Source of the DNA: an uncultured Bacteroidota bacterium
GTDB taxonomy: Bacteria; Bacteroidota; Bacteroidia; Chitinophagales; LD1
Length of the DNA stretch: 61,380 bases
NCBI GenBank assembly: GCA_903917755.1
Contig: CAIXBT010000221.1
Location: 1 to 61,380 of the forward strand
Reading direction: 5' to 3'
Shown here: one piece after another, positions 56,611 through 61,380 of the stretch
Layout: every line of letters begins with the position of its first letter
Numbering within the stretch: position 1 is the stretch's first letter
Notes under the pieces: model-generated
Databases searched by the model: none
Seen by the model: the letters and a program-made list of their open reading frames with translations, nothing else
What the model was told of the DNA's origin: nothing
Made by a program: the position numbers and the translations under genes

Positions 56611-57681
56611 ATGAAAAAGATCTATTTTCTGGTACCATACCCCTTTGGAGAAGCGCCATCGCAGCGATTTCGGTATGAGCAGTATTTAGATATTTTGAAA
56701 AAGAGGGGTTATCAATATCATCTCAGTTCATTTCTGGATATGTCTGCCTGGAATGTACTTTATAAACCTGGTCACTATCTTCCCAAAGTGCTAAAGATCA
56801 TGGCGGGATTCATACGCAGAACGGCAGATCTTTTTCGCATGTCAGATTATGACTTTGTATTTATTCATCGTGAGGCGGCACCCTTGGGTCCACCGATATT
56901 TGAATGGATCATCGCAAAGGTTCTCGGAAAAAAGATCATCTACGATTTTGATGATGCGATCTGGCTGCCCAATACCTCTTCGAATAATAGAATAGCAGCG
57001 GGAATAAAATTTCATGGCAAAGTGGCGAATCTTTGCCGCTGGTCCTATCGTGTATCTTGTGGCAATGATTATCTGGCTGACTACGCCCGGCAATACAATA
57101 CTGCCGTGATAGTAAACCCCACCACGATCGATACCCTGCATCTGCATAATCGTGTCAAAGATCAGCATAACGGCCATATGACCATCGGCTGGACAGGTAC
57201 GCACTCGACTATCACTTATCTCGACGAAATAGTTCCCATACTTCAGAAACTTGAAAAGACACTCAATTTCACCTTTACAGTTATCTCGAATAGTCCGCCT
57301 GAATTTGAATTAAAGTCGCTCAAATATGTACCTTGGAATAAGACAACTGAGATAGATGACCTTTTGGAATTCAATATCGGTATCATGCCGCTGCGTGATG
57401 ATAAATGGGCTAAAGGTAAGTGCGGATTTAAGGCATTGCAATATATGAGTCTGGGCATCCCGGCTCTTGTATCTCCTGTGGGTGTCAACACCTTGATAGT
57501 AGATGACGGAGTGAATGGAATGATATGTCATACCGCAGCTGAATGGGAACAATCTTTACGTTCACTGATCAGTAACAGAGCTCTCATTATCGAAATGGGC
57601 AAAGAAGCAAGAAAAAAAGTTGAGGTCAAATACTCAGTACAGTCGAACTGCGAAAACTTTGTAGGGTTTTTTCAGAGTTAG
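56611..57681 (+). CDS. Glycosyltransferase (GT-B, family 1/4)
   Basis: 356 aa. C-terminal KALQYMSLGIPALVSPVG is similar to the E-x7-E region of GT4 enzymes. Confidence 0.65.
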   Translation: MKKIYFLVPYPFGEAPSQRFRYEQYLDILKKRGYQYHLSSFLDMSAWNVLYKPGHYLPKVLKIMAGFIRRTADLFRMSDYDFVFIHREAAPLGPPIFEWIIAKVLGKKIIYDFDDAIWLPNTSSNNRIAAGIKFHGKVANLCRWSYRVSCGNDYLADYARQYNTAVIVNPTTIDTLHLHNRVKDQHNGHMTIGWTGTHSTITYLDEIVPILQKLEKTLNFTFTVISNSPPEFELKSLKYVPWNKTTEIDDLLEFNIGIMPLRDDKWAKGKCGFKALQYMSLGIPALVSPVGVNTLIVDDGVNGMICHTAAEWEQSLRSLISNRALIIEMGKEARKKVEVKYSVQSNCENFVGFFQS

Positions 57682-57689
57682 TACTGCTT

Positions 57690-59072
57690 TTATTGCATAC
57701 CGGATCCAACTATTACAGCTCGTTTTCTTTCATCCTGATCCTTATAGAAATTCACCAATATCAGTGTGATCATAAAGAAAGGCAGTGCAGGTATCTTATA
57801 TCGATCCAACGCCCCGAAATTGTAACTCGTAAACCCCGCCACAAAGCCATAGAGCAAACTAAAAGAAAGACTAAAAAGCATCAAGGGGTCTGTGGCTAAT
57901 ATCACAAAGATGGAAAAGCCGCACCTTAATAGGGTCTTGACTGTAAAGTATAGAAAAAATAAACTCTGGAGAGCTGCGATCATTTGGAAAAAGCTGTGAG
58001 TCTCCCATAAGTAAGGCCTGAAAAAAGCTACATTTATTCCCAAAGGAATAGCTTTCAATAAGCTGCCCGTGCTAAAGTCAGTGATACCCAGATCATATGA
58101 TGAACCACCCAAAGAGGCATGCCAGGATTGAAAACCCTCAGCCTTCTCTTTCAGCGCATTCGTACTCAATTCGCTATCTCCCCCCATTACACTCCTCAAT
58201 CCATATGTGATAAAAAGGAATGAAATGATCATCAATAGCGGAAATGAAAGCGTTTTTAGAAACTTACTCTTAATGACCTTATCCCGATATTCAGCAAAGA
58301 ACCACAACATAAGACAAGGAATAAGGATGATCAAAAAGAAAAGTCGAATACTGATCATCAGATATAACCCAATGCCGATCCAAAGAAAATTGGTGGGCCG
58401 GATCTGTCGTTTGATAACTACAAAGTAGATATAAACTGTAAACAAATACAGACCACTCATCGTAAGAGTATCTTTGAAAACACCACTACCCCAAAACACC
58501 ACTGATGGGATATAGAATACACAGTATGCAAACTTGCGTCTCAATTCAGGCTGAGGATATAACTGCGTGATAAGTGTAAAAAACTTCCAGCTGGCATACA
58601 ATGAAAAAATGCTGAAATAGAGCGAAATAACGGGGTAAGAATCCAGTGAAAAAAGGTCTATCACGGCTATGATACGAACCATCGCCCATGTACTCGGGTC
58701 ATAAATAAAATCGAGAAAATCATAACGTGATAGAGATGGATCTGTAAGTGTAGGGTTTGATGTAAGCAGTCCGAGAAAGTCGCTGAAATTTTCAAAACAT
58801 AGGCTACTGACATAGCTAGAACTGGTATAGAAATCCATCGTGTCACCACCTCCATAATAAAACTGATATACAAGACCGGAAGCAATAGCGCCGAATACCT
58901 TGAGCGAAAGAGCCGGAATAAGATAGCTCCTCAGCGGACTGTTCACCCCCAGCAACCTCTCCTTATTGATATTGACAAGGAAATAGATCAGGGCAATGAA
59001 CAAAGGGGTCAGGACCAGATCCGTGTATTCCAGATACTGAAAATTATAATAATGATGACTCCACTTTTCCAA
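57690..59072 (-). CDS. Polytopic membrane protein (possible polymerase/ligase-type or membrane glycosyltransferase)
   Basis: 460 aa with more than 10 predicted hydrophobic helices and a TTG start in the track. It is adjacent to glycosyltransferases. I recognise no family motif. Confidence 0.4.
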   Translation of the reverse strand: MEKWSHHYYNFQYLEYTDLVLTPLFIALIYFLVNINKERLLGVNSPLRSYLIPALSLKVFGAIASGLVYQFYYGGGDTMDFYTSSSYVSSLCFENFSDFLGLLTSNPTLTDPSLSRYDFLDFIYDPSTWAMVRIIAVIDLFSLDSYPVISLYFSIFSLYASWKFFTLITQLYPQPELRRKFAYCVFYIPSVVFWGSGVFKDTLTMSGLYLFTVYIYFVVIKRQIRPTNFLWIGIGLYLMISIRLFFLIILIPCLMLWFFAEYRDKVIKSKFLKTLSFPLLMIISFLFITYGLRSVMGGDSELSTNALKEKAEGFQSWHASLGGSSYDLGITDFSTGSLLKAIPLGINVAFFRPYLWETHSFFQMIAALQSLFFLYFTVKTLLRCGFSIFVILATDPLMLFSLSFSLLYGFVAGFTSYNFGALDRYKIPALPFFMITLILVNFYKDQDERKRAVIVGSGMQ

Positions 59073-59339
59073 TTGCTATTTTGTTTGTCTGGCCAAGTTA
59101 AAAAAGGGTTCCTACTTTAAAAATTACCTTTTTCTGATCTGACTTGTATTTGTCTTGAATTGCTAAAAGTAATTATTTATCATTCAAACATAGCTTTGAA
59201 TAAGCCACACTATCAAAATTTGCATCAAAGTTGATCAATCACTAATGTGTTGTTCATTCACTTCTGACCTCAAAGAGAGTATAGTTAGAAAGATTTTTTA
59301 GGTTTACGTTTTCAAAAAAATAAATCGACTTTAATATCA

Positions 59340-60539
59340 ATGAAAATAGGCATACTACGTGAAGAGAAAACTCCCGAAGACAATCGGGTGCCGCTCACTC
59401 CAAGCCAATGCCGGACATTGATGGAGGAATACCCCAATATATGGGTGGCCATACAGCCCAGTACAAACAGGTGCTATACGGATGATGAATATCGATATCA
59501 GGGCATAGCCGTACGAGATAATCTTTCGGACTGTGACCTCCTGCTGGGCGTCAAAGAAATACCGCCACAACTTCTCATTCCCGACAAGACCTATATGATC
59601 TTCTCGCACACGATCAAAAAGCAACAACACAACAAAAAATTGTTGCGTGCCGTGCTTGAGAAAAGAATTCGCCTGATAGATTACGAATGTCTGAAAGATG
59701 AAAATGGCAAACGTATCATTGCATTCGGGCGCTGGGCTGGGATCGTGGGTGCTTATAACACTATTCGAACTATCGGTCTTCGAACCGGCAGGTTCGATCT
59801 CATGCCCATGCATGAATGCCATAATTTTGCTGAGGCACAAAAAGAATTGCATAAACTGGATCTGCCGCCATGGAAGGTAGTCCTGAGTGGTGATGGCCGG
59901 GTGTCAGAAGGTTCTGCCTTTCTGCTGGATATGATGAAAATTCGCAAAGTTGATCCCCACTCCTTCTTGTATAAGGAATTCCACGAAGCAATTTATACCC
60001 AACTTCACTCCAGAGATATGTTCTACCGCGATGGGGATGAGGAATTTAATGAGTCGCATTATCATGCCCATCCTGAGGAGTATAAATCGACTTTTTATCC
60101 ATTTACTAAAGTAGCAGATGCTTTCATCAACGGGATATATTGGGACAAACGTATTCCTGTTTTTTTTAACGAGGAACAAATGCGTGAAAAGGATTTTAAT
60201 ATCAAGGTGATCGGCGATATCACCTGCGATATTTCTCCCGAAGCATCAGTACCATCTACGCTTCATGCCTCAACTATACACGAGCCCGTGTTTGGTTATG
60301 ATCCGCACTCAGGCACTGAGTGTGAGCCATACCAATCGGATTGTGTAGATGTTATGTCCATTGATAATCTCCCCAACGAACTGCCACGTGATGCTTCAGA
60401 GGATTTTGGAAATATGCTGATGAGCCGGGTCATACCACGACTACTGAAAGAATGGAGTACAACCATCAATAAAGCCACAATAGCACTGGATGGACATCTC
60501 AATGAGCCGTATAGCTATTTGGAGGACTATGTAAATTAA
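59340..60539 (+). CDS. Saccharopine dehydrogenase / alanine dehydrogenase-PNT family NAD(P) oxidoreductase
   Basis: 399 aa. MKIGILREEKTPEDNRVPLTP is the typical LKR/AlaDH-PNT N-terminus, and VVLSGDGRVSEG is Rossmann-like. Confidence 0.65.
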   Translation: MKIGILREEKTPEDNRVPLTPSQCRTLMEEYPNIWVAIQPSTNRCYTDDEYRYQGIAVRDNLSDCDLLLGVKEIPPQLLIPDKTYMIFSHTIKKQQHNKKLLRAVLEKRIRLIDYECLKDENGKRIIAFGRWAGIVGAYNTIRTIGLRTGRFDLMPMHECHNFAEAQKELHKLDLPPWKVVLSGDGRVSEGSAFLLDMMKIRKVDPHSFLYKEFHEAIYTQLHSRDMFYRDGDEEFNESHYHAHPEEYKSTFYPFTKVADAFINGIYWDKRIPVFFNEEQMREKDFNIKVIGDITCDISPEASVPSTLHASTIHEPVFGYDPHSGTECEPYQSDCVDVMSIDNLPNELPRDASEDFGNMLMSRVIPRLLKEWSTTINKATIALDGHLNEPYSYLEDYVN

Positions 60540-60547
60540 GCCTGTCC

Positions 60548-61380
60548 CTATCGTAATAAGGTCACATCACCTGTCTGACTGATGTCCTTATCAGTATATG
60601 GATCTCTGTATTTCAGAAAATAAACATATACCCCCAATGGCTGTTGCATTCCTCGGTATGTGCCATCCCATTTATCCATGACATTGTTGGTTGAAAATAT
60701 TTTCTGCCCCCATCGGTTGTATATATCAAATTGGAAATTCTGTAAAGGACACTGGGTCAGGACCCAGAAGAAATCATTTCTCCCGTCATTATTCGGTGAA
60801 AACGCAGTTGGTATGGCCACTCGACATACACATGGCTTAGTAGTTACGCTGATCGAAGCACTATATGATCCGCAGCTATTAGAGTCGATCACAAAATATT
60901 TCCCTGACTGATTTACAGTGATGATAGCTGTGGTATCTCCATTACTCCAAAAATACTTAGTGTTATTTTGAAATGCATTTAGTACGAGACTGCTGTCTTC
61001 ACAAATAGTAGTGTCAATGCCTATACTGAACGGCAATGGCGGAGACAAGCTGGAAACGTTTATGGAATCCTGTTTTGAGCAGCCATTTACGGTCACATTC
61101 ACCCAATATATACCGGCAGAGCTGACAGTCAGTGTTTGACTCGTCATATTGTTTTGCCATAAATAAGTAGCACCCGGATTGCCAGCATTCAATATGATCT
61201 CATTCCCTGGACAGACCGATGTATCATTGCCTAGATCGACAAGAGGAAGCGGATTGTCGGAAATAATAATAGAGTCTCTCAAACTGCCACAGATATTGCT
61301 CTCTTGCGCCCAATATAGTCCGGGTGTAGAAACAGTAATAGAAGAAGTAGACACACCCGTACTCCATAGAGTGGCACTAA
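60548..61380 (-). CDS. T9SS type-B sorting domain (gliding motility-associated C-terminal domain) protein, C-terminal part; the gene runs off the right edge
   Basis: The C-terminus IPTAFSPNNDGRNDFFWV...FDIYNRWGQKIF...WDGTYRGMQQPLGVYVYFLKY is the CHU_C / type-B CTD signature. Upstream are repeated Ig-like modules containing Cys. The frame is open to the window end. Confidence 0.8.
   Translation of the reverse strand, partial: SATLWSTGVSTSSITVSTPGLYWAQESNICGSLRDSIIISDNPLPLVDLGNDTSVCPGNEIILNAGNPGATYLWQNNMTSQTLTVSSAGIYWVNVTVNGCSKQDSINVSSLSPPLPFSIGIDTTICEDSSLVLNAFQNNTKYFWSNGDTTAIITVNQSGKYFVIDSNSCGSYSASISVTTKPCVCRVAIPTAFSPNNDGRNDFFWVLTQCPLQNFQFDIYNRWGQKIFSTNNVMDKWDGTYRGMQQPLGVYVYFLKYRDPYTDKDISQTGDVTLLR

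Overview
This 61.4 kb window looks like a Bacteroidota chromosomal segment. The evidence is a PorX-type receiver-PglZ regulator, a T9SS type-B C-terminal sorting domain protein, a TAnnTTTG -7 box upstream of a tRNA, and LemA-TPM-TPM and TetR-TolC-HlyD-ABC operons. Housekeeping genes (uvrA, ppa, pruA, pheS, guaB, a CAU-anticodon tRNA) alternate with envelope and polysaccharide loci. Locus 1 (9.7-15.0 kb) holds a Wzx-like flippase, a TagF-like protein, a GT2 and a GT4. An MBOAT plus two SGNH genes form an O-acylation module at 27.9-32.1 kb. The large locus 2 (44.2-59.1 kb) combines a WecE-like aminotransferase, a WecD-like acetyltransferase, a short NeuB-like synthase, a PseF/NeuA-like cytidylyltransferase, SDR, AKR and methyltransferase genes, a WbpB-like dehydrogenase, an AsnB-type amidotransferase, two GT4 genes and a polytopic membrane protein. 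I found no CRISPR array, transposase, integrase or recognisable defence system. The features the ORF track does not explain are: (i) a GC-rich, roughly 300-nt, apparently non-coding structured region at 34.49-34.79 kb that starts with a perfect tRNA-type T-arm and acceptor 3' strand, class unknown; (ii) a GC-rich palindromic, roughly 85-bp in-frame insertion inside uvrA; (iii) a decayed tRNA 3' remnant downstream of the intact tRNA; (iv) a set of mutually exclusive pairing repeats between guaB and pheS; (v) a 1000-aa OmpA-anchored protein with a very long charged coiled coil and three internal repeats. All functional calls come from reading the translated ORFs for family motifs. No database search was run.
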